Source of the DNA: a virus
DNA length: 64,000 nt
Virus record (IMG/VR): IMGVR_UViG_3300046810_000256
Location: 1 to 64,000 of that record
Direction: 5' to 3' (one strand)
Numbering within the stretch: position 1 is the first letter of the stretch; every line of letters begins with the position of its first letter. Made by a program: the position numbers and the translations under genes. Shown in pieces: positions 54,139 to 64,000 of this stretch. Under the pieces are notes generated by a model. That model was not told where the DNA came from. It was given only the letters and a program-made list of their open reading frames with translations, and did not search any database.

Positions 54139-54538
54139 GGGCGGTCACCTCTTCCGGCGTCACCAGCACTGCCGGTACCAGCACTACGTCGCCACGGTGC
54201 AGCCTCACCAGCGCCCGGCAGAACGCTTGCAGGAGCGTGGAACCACCGGCAATTCGACAAAACCCCTCGGGGCTGTTTCTCTTGGCAAAGACGCGAAACT
54301 CAGCAGGATCGCTGTCGGTAACCATGCCGAAGCACTTCGCATACTTGTCCATCAACGGCCCGCCCTGATTCCAGTCCATCCAAGGCCGGAATGCGTAGCC
54401 GGTCGACGCTAGGGCAACACGCCAGTAGGTGCCGTTGTGCGGGGGCGACAACTTCACTTCAACCCCCAACACCTGCGCCACCGCCCAGCCTAGCGCCCAC
54501 CCTTCCAAGTCGCGCAGCGCCACCTCGACCATGTTCAT
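54119..54538 (-). CDS. NinX-like (DUF2591) protein
   Basis: L.G.AL.WAVA...F.P..DW.QGGPL...L.A.CRA.V. Confidence 0.7.
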   Translation of the reverse strand: MNMVEVALRDLEGWALGWAVAQVLGVEVKLSPPHNGTYWRVALASTGYAFRPWMDWNQGGPLMDKYAKCFGMVTDSDPAEFRVFAKRNSPEGFCRIAGGSTLLQAFCRALVRLHRGDVVLVPAVLVTPEEVTAHAVRPV

Positions 54539-55852
54539 GATTGGTCACCGGGTGCGCTGTAGTCCTTGATAACCGGCCATTGCGGTTCGCGGTACAGACC
54601 GTGCCCCTTGTAGAACTCAATTTCAGCCGGGGTTAGACGGTTGGCGTCACGTCCCATCATCGACACGATGCCTTCCAGCGCGGCGCGGGTTTGGTCAATA
54701 GCATCCGGCGCCGCAACCGCTGTACCAACCTGCCCCATCACTACCCAACCGCGTATCCAGTCCATCAACGTGTAAGGAATGGCGAAAGTTTTGCCCCCGT
54801 ATGAGAGCAGCGCTACCGGCTCGTGCTTTGGCTGCATTGGCGCTTTCCAAAGCAACACCGGCTTGACGTTACACTTTTCTACGGGGGCAGGCAGCTTGCG
54901 ATCTTCAGGCACCGGGGGGTGCGTGAAGGGCGTGAACAACTCGCTGTCCGACAGAGCGATTTGTATGTCCTTCACAAGATCATCCATGTTGCTGTATTCG
55001 TCCCGCATGCCGTCGCTTTCGTCGATGGCTCTTTGCAGCAGGATATCCCGCTCCGCGATCTTGGTAAGCAACTGCTTACGATCCAGCCATGGTGTCGGGC
55101 ACTCGCCAGGCGGGCGCGTTCCAAGCGCTCCGGACGCCTTGCACCCGAAGCATATGTGCCAACCGCCGTCATCCATCTCAACCACTTCCATGTGATGCTT
55201 GTCTGGCCCGTTCATTCGTTTGCACCCTCTGGCATCGTCTCCACCACAATCACGCCGTATTGCCTCAGCGCCTCGAATAGATCGCTCACATACGCTCCGC
55301 CATTGAATTCCGGCCCGCCGTCAACGTCCTCAAACGTCTCGTGGTACTTCGGATCATTCCGAGACGGCACGCGGACGTAGCGCAGGTAGGTGTCTGCTGG
55401 CCGGGCGTACAGCGGTGCTCCATCTGGCAACGCTCGCCCAGCAGTGTTGAGATAAGCCCGCACAGGTAGAGGATCGTGATAAACGCGCCCCACTGTCTGA
55501 TCAGGCACCAGCGCCAGCTTGCTCAGCGGCCCAGTACCGTCGCGTGCGGCGGTCATGACTTCACCTTCTTGTCTTGCGCACACTTCGGGCACCCGCCATC
55601 CGCTACAAAATCAAGAAAAGTGTGTGTGCAGTCAGACGCCAGCCAATCAGGAATAGTCAGTTCCGGCGTTCGCAGGTCAGGTGACGCAGGTATTTTCCCC
55701 GTCCCGTTGCAAGGGTCGCAAATAGTTGTAGGTGATTCTTCAATGCCGGTGCCGACCGTTCCGTAACCGCCGCAGCGTTTGCACAGAATATCCTTGCTCA
55801 TACATTGCTCCATGGGTACAGGCGAGATCCGCTTATTGTCGGTCATCGTCAA
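54535..55852 (-). other. Early hypothetical genes (54535-55215, 55212-55556, 55553-55852)
   Basis: ATGA-coupled ORFs; the last has a CxxCxGxG zinc finger. Confidence 0.55.
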
Positions 55853-56703
55853 ACATCCCCCTTGCCCTTGTTCGCTGATACGGCGGCGCTTATCAGATCG
55901 CGTAGATGCTCTATCAGTGGCTTGTGTTTACCCGGTCGCCAGTCGATTGCCCACTCGTTAATGGTGCCTCCGTTGTGCAGCATCCACTCACTGCGCGCGC
56001 GCTCCTTGGTCAGTTGTTCATGCAGATCGTCAATCAGGTGGAAGTCCGGCGCAGCGCCAACTGGCGGCTTCCACAGTTCGGCGCCGTTGTAGGTGTACCC
56101 CTTGGCCTCCAGCGTCCGGACGGCGGCCAGTGCCGCAGTAAATGTTTCGAGGGTATAGACCGGTGTTTTTTTGCACATGCGGTCAGTTATCTTTTCCGCC
56201 AAGTCGCGATCAAACACAGCCTTGCCGCCGCCACAAGCGGCGTAGTCGCCGATCCAGGCGAAAGGCTCTATGGCAGCAGCTCCACCAGAAACTGCTGCAT
56301 GGAATGCGGAGCTAACACACGCTGCCTCGGGGTCAATGATTTTCAATAGCTGTGAGTATTGAGCTTGGGTGATTGTCGCGTCTGCCGCCGAGCGCCCGTC
56401 TTTCCACAACACGTTCAGTTGGCAAAGCCCGGTACCGTGCTCGAGTTTTTTTCGCAGCTGCTGCACGTCGTCATCGTCGTTCGCAGCCGCTTGCATAGCC
56501 TCGACCAGCGCCAGCCCGGCATCCGTGAATTCGTAGCGACCGAAGCCGAGCGAGCGAACAAGGCCTACACGCGCCAGCGACTTCATACGCGCTTTGGGCA
56601 CGTCGTAGCCTTGGTCGTCTTCACAGGTTTCGTGGAACCGAAGGACGTCGGTACGCTGCTGCTCAGTGATCGCCAGCGGCAATTCGATTGTTTGCTCAGT
56701 CAT
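55849..56703 (-). CDS. Mosaic early protein
   Basis: Modules RFHETCEDDQGYDV and LEAKGYTYNGAELWKPP typical of phage early mosaic genes. Confidence 0.6.
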   Translation of the reverse strand: MTEQTIELPLAITEQQRTDVLRFHETCEDDQGYDVPKARMKSLARVGLVRSLGFGRYEFTDAGLALVEAMQAAANDDDDVQQLRKKLEHGTGLCQLNVLWKDGRSAADATITQAQYSQLLKIIDPEAACVSSAFHAAVSGGAAAIEPFAWIGDYAACGGGKAVFDRDLAEKITDRMCKKTPVYTLETFTAALAAVRTLEAKGYTYNGAELWKPPVGAAPDFHLIDDLHEQLTKERARSEWMLHNGGTINEWAIDWRPGKHKPLIEHLRDLISAAVSANKGKGDV

Positions 56704-57407
56704 ACCGCGCTCCCCGCGGACTGACCAACGTCGGCATCCGCAACCAGTTCAAATTCGTCGCCGTGCTCGTCGCAGCGGCATTCAACCTCATTCGTTTCGC
56801 CAACCGGCTCACACTCGCAAAACTGGGAAACCAGCTTTTCAAACAAGGTGTCCGCCATGTCTTCGGCAACTTCGGCTCTTGTCACACAGACGCTGCGCAG
56901 CTCGTTGGTAGATCGATGACGAAATTGGAAGGTCAGCGGGTCAGCGTGTGTTTTGAGGCGAAGGCCTTCTACCGCCTTGCTGTAAATGAACTTGATCTGA
57001 TCCCAGGAAATTGTGTGGCTCTGGCTGTACTCGCCTTCACCGTCGCAAATCTCGCAATACTGGTTCGGCTCATCAAGCTCGCCGCAGTCGGGGCATTCTT
57101 TGGTTGCCGTCACCTTGAATTCCCCCAGCAGCAGCGCTTTCGCTCCATTCTCAGCGGTCAGCCTTCTAGGCATGATGCAGTAGCCTTCAGGTATCGCGAC
57201 CGGATCTTGCCGGGCGGGCACAGGCGCATCGAGAAGAGCGCGCAGCTCCCGCGCAGTCGGGTCACCCGCCATCATGTATTCGGGCGTATCACTCTGGCCG
57301 CCCGCTTCTAGGATTCGGTCATAGCCCGCCTGATAAATTCGTTTCATGGCGAGCAGCGCTTGCTCAAGAGCATTCCGCGAAACACCGTCAATCGTTGGGT
57401 TATTCAT
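56700..57407 (-). CDS. EaA/DUF551-like mosaic early protein
   Basis: GYCIMPRRLTAENGAKALL.GEF...CPDC...CEIC...ISWDQIK.IY. Confidence 0.6.
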   Translation of the reverse strand: MNNPTIDGVSRNALEQALLAMKRIYQAGYDRILEAGGQSDTPEYMMAGDPTARELRALLDAPVPARQDPVAIPEGYCIMPRRLTAENGAKALLLGEFKVTATKECPDCGELDEPNQYCEICDGEGEYSQSHTISWDQIKFIYSKAVEGLRLKTHADPLTFQFRHRSTNELRSVCVTRAEVAEDMADTLFEKLVSQFCECEPVGETNEVECRCDEHGDEFELVADADVGQSAGSAV

Positions 57408-58377
57408 CAAGCTCACCATCCTGTTCGGGCGCTACGAACTCGCAGGAATCGCAGTGCCATGCGTAGTTGTTCTCTTTCAGGTTTCCGGCGTCGCAATTGG
57501 GGCACTTGTGGCCATCCGGCTTTTGAATAGACGCGGGCAACGCTTTCAGCCAGTTGCGCAGCGACTGATATTCCGCGTTCCGAAAGCTGCCGAATGCGTA
57601 GATGAATGGCTTAGTGTGGTTGTGGCCGTCACGAGCCAGGAAGTCGATACAGCCTTGCTCGGTAAAGCAGGCGGTTACGAACACGTCGATATCCTTCATC
57701 GCGTAGCGCTCCCAGTGGCTGGGATAGTCTTCGCTGGATTGATATTTCTGCTCCAGCGTTTTCGCGTATGACGGTGACGCCTTGTTGTAGTCTCCAGATT
57801 GCGTTTCGACCCACACAATGCGGTCATGGTCGTGCGTGTCCAATGTGACGAATTCGCGCTTTTCCATCACTGCGAACAAAGGCTGATCGGTGCCGCGGTT
57901 GTCTTGGGTGTTGATCAGTCGGCCAATCCCCGCAGGCAAGGCCAGCTGTGCGCGGAGGCTTTCACTCTCATCGCGCGCTGCGCTCACCCGGTTAACCGCA
58001 CGATCATACTCGCCCGTTGCTTGGCCAAGCTCGGCCCGCAGTCGCTCCACTTCGCTGGCTTCGGCGTAGGTGTAAAGCTTCCGGACTTCGTACTCAGCCG
58101 GATCTGCCTGACAGAGCTCAAGACTTTCGCCGCTGACCTCTTCCCAGCAGCTGGAGCCATGGGTGCGAACCATGTACACCGGCTGCGCATCAACTTGCGA
58201 TTTTGCGCAAGCTGCCATTTCCTCTTGGCTCTTCAGCAGCGCGCGGATTTCATCAGCAGCAACCTTATGACGCTGGATTGCTGCGCCATTGGCCAGCGTA
58301 TCCAAGTCTTGAGTGATAGCACGCAGGGCAGTGGTTAGGGTGTCTCGCGACAGGTTGCCGATCATTGAATTATTCAT
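57400..58377 (-). CDS. Ead/Ea22-like early protein
   Basis: TQDNR.TDQPLF...FVTACFTEQGC..FL..DGHN..KPFIY. Confidence 0.65.
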   Translation of the reverse strand: MNNSMIGNLSRDTLTTALRAITQDLDTLANGAAIQRHKVAADEIRALLKSQEEMAACAKSQVDAQPVYMVRTHGSSCWEEVSGESLELCQADPAEYEVRKLYTYAEASEVERLRAELGQATGEYDRAVNRVSAARDESESLRAQLALPAGIGRLINTQDNRGTDQPLFAVMEKREFVTLDTHDHDRIVWVETQSGDYNKASPSYAKTLEQKYQSSEDYPSHWERYAMKDIDVFVTACFTEQGCIDFLARDGHNHTKPFIYAFGSFRNAEYQSLRNWLKALPASIQKPDGHKCPNCDAGNLKENNYAWHCDSCEFVAPEQDGELDE

Positions 58378-59425
58378 GGCGGCCACTTCCCGCGGGTGCG
58401 TTGCTGAACTGGATAGGCGCATTACACGGGCAGCGGATCTCTTCGTGCATGATCGACATGCAGAAGCCTTCCCCGTGGCAGTCGTTGCACGGGCTTTGGG
58501 TGGACAGGGGATTCTTCAGCGCCTCGATCACTGCCTGTACGACCATCACGCCGCTGTCGCCGGTTGAGTCTGCGGAGAACCCCGCCAGCGCGTAATGAAC
58601 GCCGGGCTTATTGGCGATCCGCTGGAAGTCTTCCCACTGGAAGCCGGTGCCGTTACCAGACAACGCGTCGGCCATCGCAGCAGCTGCGAACTCGGCAATG
58701 GGCAATGTCACTGGCACCTGTCGGGCGGCGATTGTTTCCATGTCGGCAAGTAGTCGGTGATGACGGGCTTGAAGCTCAGCCAACGCGGTTTCGACCTCAC
58801 TGGCGACCGGTGCCACCGGCTGTTCGCCAACCTGCGCCAGCGAGTCGATAGCCTGGCGCCAAGTCCCGAAGGTCTGGCCGTCGTGTTGATCATGGTCTGC
58901 CGGTGGGATAAACCATTGGCCCACGCTGTCGTCGAAGTACGGCACCAGCGCGAATTCCTGCATGTGCAGGCGTTCGTACAAATCCACTCGGGCGGTGTCG
59001 ATCAAACCAATGGCCTTGATATCCACCCCCGGCGCTTCCGGGTTGTTGATGTAGTGGCTGGCCAGCAGATGCCAGCCCGACGTTTTTCCGTCTTGGCCAT
59101 CCATCAGGCGCCACGCTTCACGAATCAGCTCATCGGCCAGGTGCAGACGCCCCTGCAACTCATCGTTGTAGAGAGTGACCTGTGTGGTGTTCTTGTAATG
59201 CTCCGTGCGTGCCGTCTCGGCAGCGCCGCCAAATACCTTGGCCCGGATTTGCTCAAGCTGGCTAATCAGGAAGGCCAGGGATTGCAGGCCGACCAGCTTG
59301 GAGCGCTTGCCATTCAGGTGTACCCACAAAGCGCCGTCGCTGTGCTCGATCTTGTCCAACGTGCCGACGGCTTCAGGGTAGGCGTCGAGCGCGTCGATTG
59401 CGTAAAACTCTGGTTTCTGGCTCAT
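58370..59425 (-). CDS. Mosaic early hypothetical protein
   Basis: 351-aa coupled ORF. Confidence 0.6.
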   Translation of the reverse strand: MSQKPEFYAIDALDAYPEAVGTLDKIEHSDGALWVHLNGKRSKLVGLQSLAFLISQLEQIRAKVFGGAAETARTEHYKNTTQVTLYNDELQGRLHLADELIREAWRLMDGQDGKTSGWHLLASHYINNPEAPGVDIKAIGLIDTARVDLYERLHMQEFALVPYFDDSVGQWFIPPADHDQHDGQTFGTWRQAIDSLAQVGEQPVAPVASEVETALAELQARHHRLLADMETIAARQVPVTLPIAEFAAAAMADALSGNGTGFQWEDFQRIANKPGVHYALAGFSADSTGDSGVMVVQAVIEALKNPLSTQSPCNDCHGEGFCMSIMHEEIRCPCNAPIQFSNAPAGSGRHE

Positions 59426-59631
59426 AGGTGCAATCTTCCTTTGATCTCGGTGTACTGGTCGGCGCTGAGCTTGTTGTGGTGAATTGCGTCACGCAGCAGG
59501 GTTTGTGCTGCATCGACATGGGCAGCGGTCTGGCCTGCTGAGAGCTTTTCGACTGTCTGCTCAAGGTGGACGCGACTGGTGAAGACGATCCCGTGCGCCT
59601 TCCACGGGAATTTCTGTTGGCCGGTGCTCAC
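59422..59631 (-). CDS. Hypothetical protein
   Basis: Coupled ORF. Confidence 0.5.
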   Translation of the reverse strand: MSTGQQKFPWKAHGIVFTSRVHLEQTVEKLSAGQTAAHVDAAQTLLRDAIHHNKLSADQYTEIKGRLHL

Positions 59632-60020
59632 TGGTCACCGCCTTGGCCTTGATTTGCGACGAGGAACGCGGCGACCGCGGGCGCAAGGGCGTCATTTGGG
59701 CGATCCAGACGCAGCAGGCACTTTTCCAGCAAGCGCAGAGCCTGGGCCAGCTCCGAATCATCATTGGCCGCTCGCTCCACCACTTGCGGAGTGTGGTGCG
59801 GCTTGCCGTATGCCAGCCCTTGAGCTTGGACGCAGCGCAGCGCCTCACGCACCGGCATGCGGCTGGTGCCGTAGTGATTGGCGATAGCCTGCTGATTCAG
59901 CTTGGTGCCGACCGGCAGTGTTCCGTCATTGATGACTTGGGCGAGTTGTGCAGCGATAAACAATCCATCTACAGGGCCATCCGGACGCGGCCCCAGCGCT
60001 TTCAGCAGAACTTCACACAT
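59628..60020 (-). CDS. GntR-type winged-helix protein
   Basis: I.DGTLPVGTKLNQQAIANHYGTSRMPVREAL. Confidence 0.75.
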   Translation of the reverse strand: MCEVLLKALGPRPDGPVDGLFIAAQLAQVINDGTLPVGTKLNQQAIANHYGTSRMPVREALRCVQAQGLAYGKPHHTPQVVERAANDDSELAQALRLLEKCLLRLDRPNDALAPAVAAFLVANQGQGGDQ

Positions 60021-60067
60021 ACAACCTCCGTGTTGGCGCCGCCACCGTGCAGGCGGCGCCGCAATGA

Positions 60068-61075
60068 TCAGGCCTTGGCCCGCTTCAGTTGATCCAGCAA
60101 CACCGTCGGCAGACCTTTCAGGGTCAGCGTGCCGCTCTCTTCATCGAATTCGATCTTGGTGCCGAGCAGGTGCGCTTCGAAGCTGATCGACAGCCCCTCA
60201 GTGCGCCCGGTGAAGCGACGGAATTGATTGAGGGTGCGCTTGTCGGCGGGGATCTCAGGCGACAGGCCGTAAGCAGCGGCGCGGGCGAAGTCGGCGAAGG
60301 CCTTCGGGTTTTCTTCGTCGATCACCTCGGAAAGCTCGTCCAGCGTCACCAGCCCGCCGATCTTGGCTTGACTGCTGGCGTAGTCGAGCAGCGTGAGGGT
60401 CTTTTCCCTCACGCTTTCCTTGGGCAGATCCTCTTCTTTCACAAAGTCGGAAAACGCCTTGAGCAAGGTGCGGGTTTCGCCGGGGCCGTCGACGCCTTCC
60501 TGACAACCGATGAAGTCGCGGAAATAGTCCGTCGCCTTGCGCCCGTTCTTGCCCTTGATGAAGGAAATGTACTGCCTGGAATTCGGGTTGCTCTGCCACT
60601 CGGAAATATTGATCCGCGCCGCCAGGTGCAACTGGCCGAGGTCGAGGTGGCGCGATGGGGTTACGTCCAGTTCGTCGGTGACCGACACGCCGTCGCTGTG
60701 ATGCAGCAACGCGATGGCCAGATAGTCGGTCATGCCTTGCTGGTAGTGCGCGAACAGGGCGTGGCCACCCACGGACAGATTCGATTCTTCCATCAGTCGC
60801 GTTAAGTGCTCTACGGCGTCCCGAGAGAAGTCGACAAACCCATAACCGCCAGACAGGTAGCGTTTCAGCCAGCCACTGAACGGAAAGGCGCCAGACTCAG
60901 CATGGAACAACCCCCACGCCTTGCCCTGCTTGCCGTTGTAGGCCTCGTTCAAGTCGCCCAGCAGGTTCTCAGTGGCATCCGATACAACCAGCTCAGTGTC
61001 GCGCGTGTGCAGCATGGCCGGGGAGCCGTCCGGCTTCTTGTCGATGTGGTAAACGATGGCGTGGCGCAGTGGCAT
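60068..61075 (-). CDS. ndpA: Nucleoid-associated protein NdpA/YejK
   Basis: [17 protein letters not shown]...[18 protein letters not shown]...[12 protein letters not shown]. Confidence 0.9.
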   Translation of the reverse strand: MPLRHAIVYHIDKKPDGSPAMLHTRDTELVVSDATENLLGDLNEAYNGKQGKAWGLFHAESGAFPFSGWLKRYLSGGYGFVDFSRDAVEHLTRLMEESNLSVGGHALFAHYQQGMTDYLAIALLHHSDGVSVTDELDVTPSRHLDLGQLHLAARINISEWQSNPNSRQYISFIKGKNGRKATDYFRDFIGCQEGVDGPGETRTLLKAFSDFVKEEDLPKESVREKTLTLLDYASSQAKIGGLVTLDELSEVIDEENPKAFADFARAAAYGLSPEIPADKRTLNQFRRFTGRTEGLSISFEAHLLGTKIEFDEESGTLTLKGLPTVLLDQLKRAKA

Positions 61076-61123
61076 ATTCAGATTCCTTGATGGATGGCGC
61101 ACCTACAGCGGTGCGCCAGCGGC

Positions 61124-61897
61124 TCAGTGGCCGTAGGTGTGGTCGCCTTCACGGCAGTCGATGATCAGTTTCGCGGCGCCGAAATACATGGCTGCGATGT
61201 ACCGTTTCCACTTCGATGTCATGCCGAAGTGGCGACCGATTGGCTCGCCTTCCAGCAGAGCGGCGAACACCTCGCCGTACTCAAAGCCGCGGTCTGTGTG
61301 GCCGGTGATGCGGACGCTGATGCGGTTGGCATAGTCAAAATCTGAGCGCGGGCGCTCTTTCAGGCCATGCGCGGCTCGATAGCTGGTTTCTGGCTCGGCA
61401 TCGAAAAGGATGTGGATGTAGCGCTGACGAGTGCCGTCGCCTTCGGTGATGGTGATGTGGGGAACGTGCCAGCCCTTTTCGGTGGCCTTCTCCTGATTCA
61501 CTTCGACGAACGCATCCAGCAGCTGATTGAGGCTGATGAACTCCGGAATCATGTCGTCGTGCAGAACCTCATTAATCGCCTGCTCTGCGCGCCGAAGCAT
61601 GTCGCCGGTCACGCCTGCATCCATCCAGCGGTCTTTGAGCGCTGTAATGATTAGGTCGTTGTAACGCGGCAGCTCGATCACGCTGGCAATATTCGCCGGC
61701 AACGCATGGGCGATTTCTTCGCGCACTTTGCTGCTGAAGGAGCCGTGTGGGGCAAAAGCGTCTTTCAACACCTCAGTAAACAACCGCTCTACACACGACT
61801 GGATGATCTCGCCCGGGCGGTCGCTGGTAGCAAAGGCCGTGACATGTTCTGTCAGCACCTCTTCAAGCGTCTTTTTCTTCTTCACTGCTGCACACAT
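61124..61897 (-). CDS. Hypothetical phage protein
   Basis: 257-aa ORF with GGAG RBS. Confidence 0.6.
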   Translation of the reverse strand: MCAAVKKKKTLEEVLTEHVTAFATSDRPGEIIQSCVERLFTEVLKDAFAPHGSFSSKVREEIAHALPANIASVIELPRYNDLIITALKDRWMDAGVTGDMLRRAEQAINEVLHDDMIPEFISLNQLLDAFVEVNQEKATEKGWHVPHITITEGDGTRQRYIHILFDAEPETSYRAAHGLKERPRSDFDYANRISVRITGHTDRGFEYGEVFAALLEGEPIGRHFGMTSKWKRYIAAMYFGAAKLIIDCREGDHTYGH

Positions 61898-61928
61898 AGT
61901 GCTACTCCCTACTTCACACTTGTGAAAA

Positions 61929-62276
61929 TCAGTCGGCGGCGTGGGCGATGTCGAGCATCACCCGGCGCCCTATGAACGGTTCCAGACGGCGCGCCAGCAG
62001 CGTGGCCAATTCCTGCCACCCCGCCTTTGTGCCGATCCGGCTGCCCTCCAGCGCCTCAACAAGAATCACCGTGTTGATTCGATCCATTTCCACCGCCAGA
62101 CCGCCTTCCAACCGCTGCGCAAGATCGGCAGCAGCGCACGCCCAAACATCAGCGCAAAACACCGGCTCTTCAGCCGCTTGAAAGGTTTCGAGCATCACCT
62201 GAGCGGTGGCCAAGAACCGAAGCCGGTCGAGCAGGACACCCGCTGCGACTCGGCTGATAAGCATTGGTGAATTCAT
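61929..62276 (-). CDS. Hypothetical protein
   Basis: First gene behind early promoter copy 3. Confidence 0.5.
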   Translation of the reverse strand: MNSPMLISRVAAGVLLDRLRFLATAQVMLETFQAAEEPVFCADVWACAAADLAQRLEGGLAVEMDRINTVILVEALEGSRIGTKAGWQELATLLARRLEPFIGRRVMLDIAHAAD

Positions 62277-62305
62277 CGTCAAAGCCCTGAATGGCTAACC
62301 GTCGA

Positions 62306-62350
62306 CGACATAATGACACAACATCACAATAACTCAATAGCGTTTTTATG
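62306..62350 (-). promoter_or_regulatory. Repeated early promoter/operator copy 3
   Basis: cgacataatgaca-N16-caatagcg. Confidence 0.65.
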
Positions 62351-62375
62351 GTGTTGTGCGCCGACTACTGCGCAG

Positions 62376-62795
62376 TCAGGCCGCGCCCCGGTTCTCATGG
62401 CCCTGATACTGTTGGCTGGCGTACCACTTGCTCAGCAGCGCCCGAACTTCGCCAGGCACTTCCCGGCCCGCCACCTCAACCATCTGCACGCACGACTCCA
62501 GCAGCACAATCTCCCGGTCGTACTCGGCGATAAAGTCCGCCTTGTTGCCGTGAACCGCTTTCATCGACTTCAGTGGGCCGGTACCGGGCTGGTGATGACC
62601 GGCACAGAGCGGCAGCACGTACCAGTGCGCGTGCTTCTTCGTGCGTCCGTCACAGTGATGGATCGACACATACGCCTGTTCTTCGTAGTTGCGCGGCCTG
62701 CCGTCCAAGATGCAGCAGATACAGCCACACACGTCCGCCACGGTGTCATGCCACCGCTGTTCGCCCTTCGTCTTGCTTCTTCCGTCCATTGCCAT
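62376..62795 (-). CDS. ref: Ref-like RecA-dependent HNH nuclease
   Basis: GCICC...IHHCDGRTK...VLPLCAGHHQ. Confidence 0.8.
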   Translation of the reverse strand: MAMDGRSKTKGEQRWHDTVADVCGCICCILDGRPRNYEEQAYVSIHHCDGRTKKHAHWYVLPLCAGHHQPGTGPLKSMKAVHGNKADFIAEYDREIVLLESCVQMVEVAGREVPGEVRALLSKWYASQQYQGHENRGAA

Positions 62796-62807
62796 GTCTC
62801 ACCACCC

Positions 62808-63899
62808 CTACGCGGTCAGTCGCTCTTTCATCGGGCCGCCAACGAGTTTCCCGAGCAATACTCTGGCCTCTTTGGCAGCGTTGGTAATTTCGGGCTTGGC
62901 GCCAGTCTTTGGAGCGGGCGCGACAGGTTTGGGCGCGGCCTTGGCGGCGGCTTCCACAACTCGTTCGGCCTCTGCTCGGCGTGTGCGCTGCTTTTCCTGC
63001 GCCTGCGCTTTCACCACGTAGGATTCGCAGTGGCGAAGCAATGAGCTGACGGGATGGCAAGTGTCGACAATGGCGTGATGCGTCACAGCCTCGACGTAGT
63101 AGCGGACGGTGATGGGGGCGATGTCTTGCCCGATGCGCTCGACCACCTTGGCCATCTGGCCGCCGACGGTGGCGTTGTAGATCGGCCACTGGTGGTATTT
63201 GGCGTTGAATGCCATGGCGTAGGCCAGCCAGGTGCGGAATGTCTTGCTGGCTGGGTTTTGCGGGTAGTTGTCCGGCGCCAGCGACAAGGCTTTGCGCTCT
63301 ACGTCGCTCAGCGTAGCGGTCGCTCCCACAGGGTCACCCAATGGGGCCGGGGCGCTGGCCACCGAATGCGCAGGCTTCGCTCCCGCAGGATCGTCTGTGA
63401 GATTTTTAACTGCTCTTTGAATGCTAACTGCTTGTTTATTATTAACTAAAGCGTCGGGCTTTGCCGGATCCGGCTTAGCCGTATGCGGTGAATCCGTCCC
63501 CGGCGCCACCGTTTCCGGATTTGCCGTAAACGGTTTCTCTTTGTCCTTTTTCTGGCTGGCGATGAAGGCCGAGCCAGCGTCTAGATCAGGGGTTTCCGAC
63601 ACTTCGTAAGTCATGCCTTTGAATGAACCGCCCACGCGGTCGTACTGGCGCACCACGTAACCGGCCATTTGCAGCTCTTTGAGGATGCCGTAGACCTTGT
63701 CACGGCCCGAGCGCTTGCCCAGGCAATTGCGAGTGCGCGCCAGCAAATCCTCTACACGGACTTCCCAATGGTCGGGCTTGCTCAGCAGGTACACGAGCAT
63801 GCCGCGCGCCTCCCAACTCAGCCGGTTGTCTTCGATTGTTGTGGTCGGCAGGACGTAGAACTGGGTTTTGCGGACGGCGCGAATGATGCTCACAGGCAT
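62808..63899 (-). CDS. Lytic replication initiator (winged-helix, O/RepL-like)
   Basis: DNRLSWEARGMLVYLLSKPDHW N-terminal wHTH; internal iterons. Confidence 0.75.
   Translation of the reverse strand: MPVSIIRAVRKTQFYVLPTTTIEDNRLSWEARGMLVYLLSKPDHWEVRVEDLLARTRNCLGKRSGRDKVYGILKELQMAGYVVRQYDRVGGSFKGMTYEVSETPDLDAGSAFIASQKKDKEKPFTANPETVAPGTDSPHTAKPDPAKPDALVNNKQAVSIQRAVKNLTDDPAGAKPAHSVASAPAPLGDPVGATATLSDVERKALSLAPDNYPQNPASKTFRTWLAYAMAFNAKYHQWPIYNATVGGQMAKVVERIGQDIAPITVRYYVEAVTHHAIVDTCHPVSSLLRHCESYVVKAQAQEKQRTRRAEAERVVEAAAKAAPKPVAPAPKTGAKPEITNAAKEARVLLGKLVGGPMKERLTA
63400..63533. repeat. Putative lytic origin inside the initiator gene
   Basis: Five CCG-N4-CGG palindromes at an exact 15-bp period (63464, 63479, 63494, 63509, 63524) next to an AT-rich tract at 63400-63450. 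Confidence 0.7.
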
Positions 63900-64000
63900 C
63901 CCCCGAATTGGCAGGTTGCATGGGCAATAGGCGAGCTGATTGCGTCGATCCGGCGCGAACGCCTCTCAAAAATCGCAAAAAGAAGGATTGCAAAGCACAG

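Noticed and set aside
1-64000. tRNA, rRNA, IS elements, integrase
   Set aside because: None recognised in this window

Overview
This 64-kb window is part of a P1-like (Punavirus-related) myophage-plasmid, probably from a Pseudomonas host (about 60% GC by eye, Pseudomonas-type tail fibres and terminators). Almost all genes are on the minus strand. From left to right it holds: virion-packaged polyvalent/antirestriction proteins (LPD1 protein, DarA fusion, Hdf-like); a type Ib ParA/RHH partition locus with a 10-bp-phased centromere; an iteron RepA plasmid replicon; an ASCH/SNF2/nuclease operon; baseplate, tail fibre, tape measure, protease and portal genes; terminase pacA and pacB; a long early region of small genes; NdpA; Ref; and a lytic replication initiator with an internal origin. 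Four observations stand out. (1) Two intact but catalytically degenerate paralogues of the phage's own large terminase, one covering the ATPase domain and one the nuclease domain, are encoded as separate genes between pacA and pacB. (2) A ~560-nt densely base-paired, potentially pseudoknotted non-coding region with its own terminator lies at 19.4-19.95 kb. (3) A late-promoter signature, GCAAACC-N28-(-10), occurs at nine sites with invariant spacing, alongside three other motif families. (4) Head-associated proteins share (M/L)LD(S/A) and N-terminal helical motifs, and an unannotated 46-aa secreted peptide follows darA. All family assignments come from recognising motifs by eye; no database search was run.
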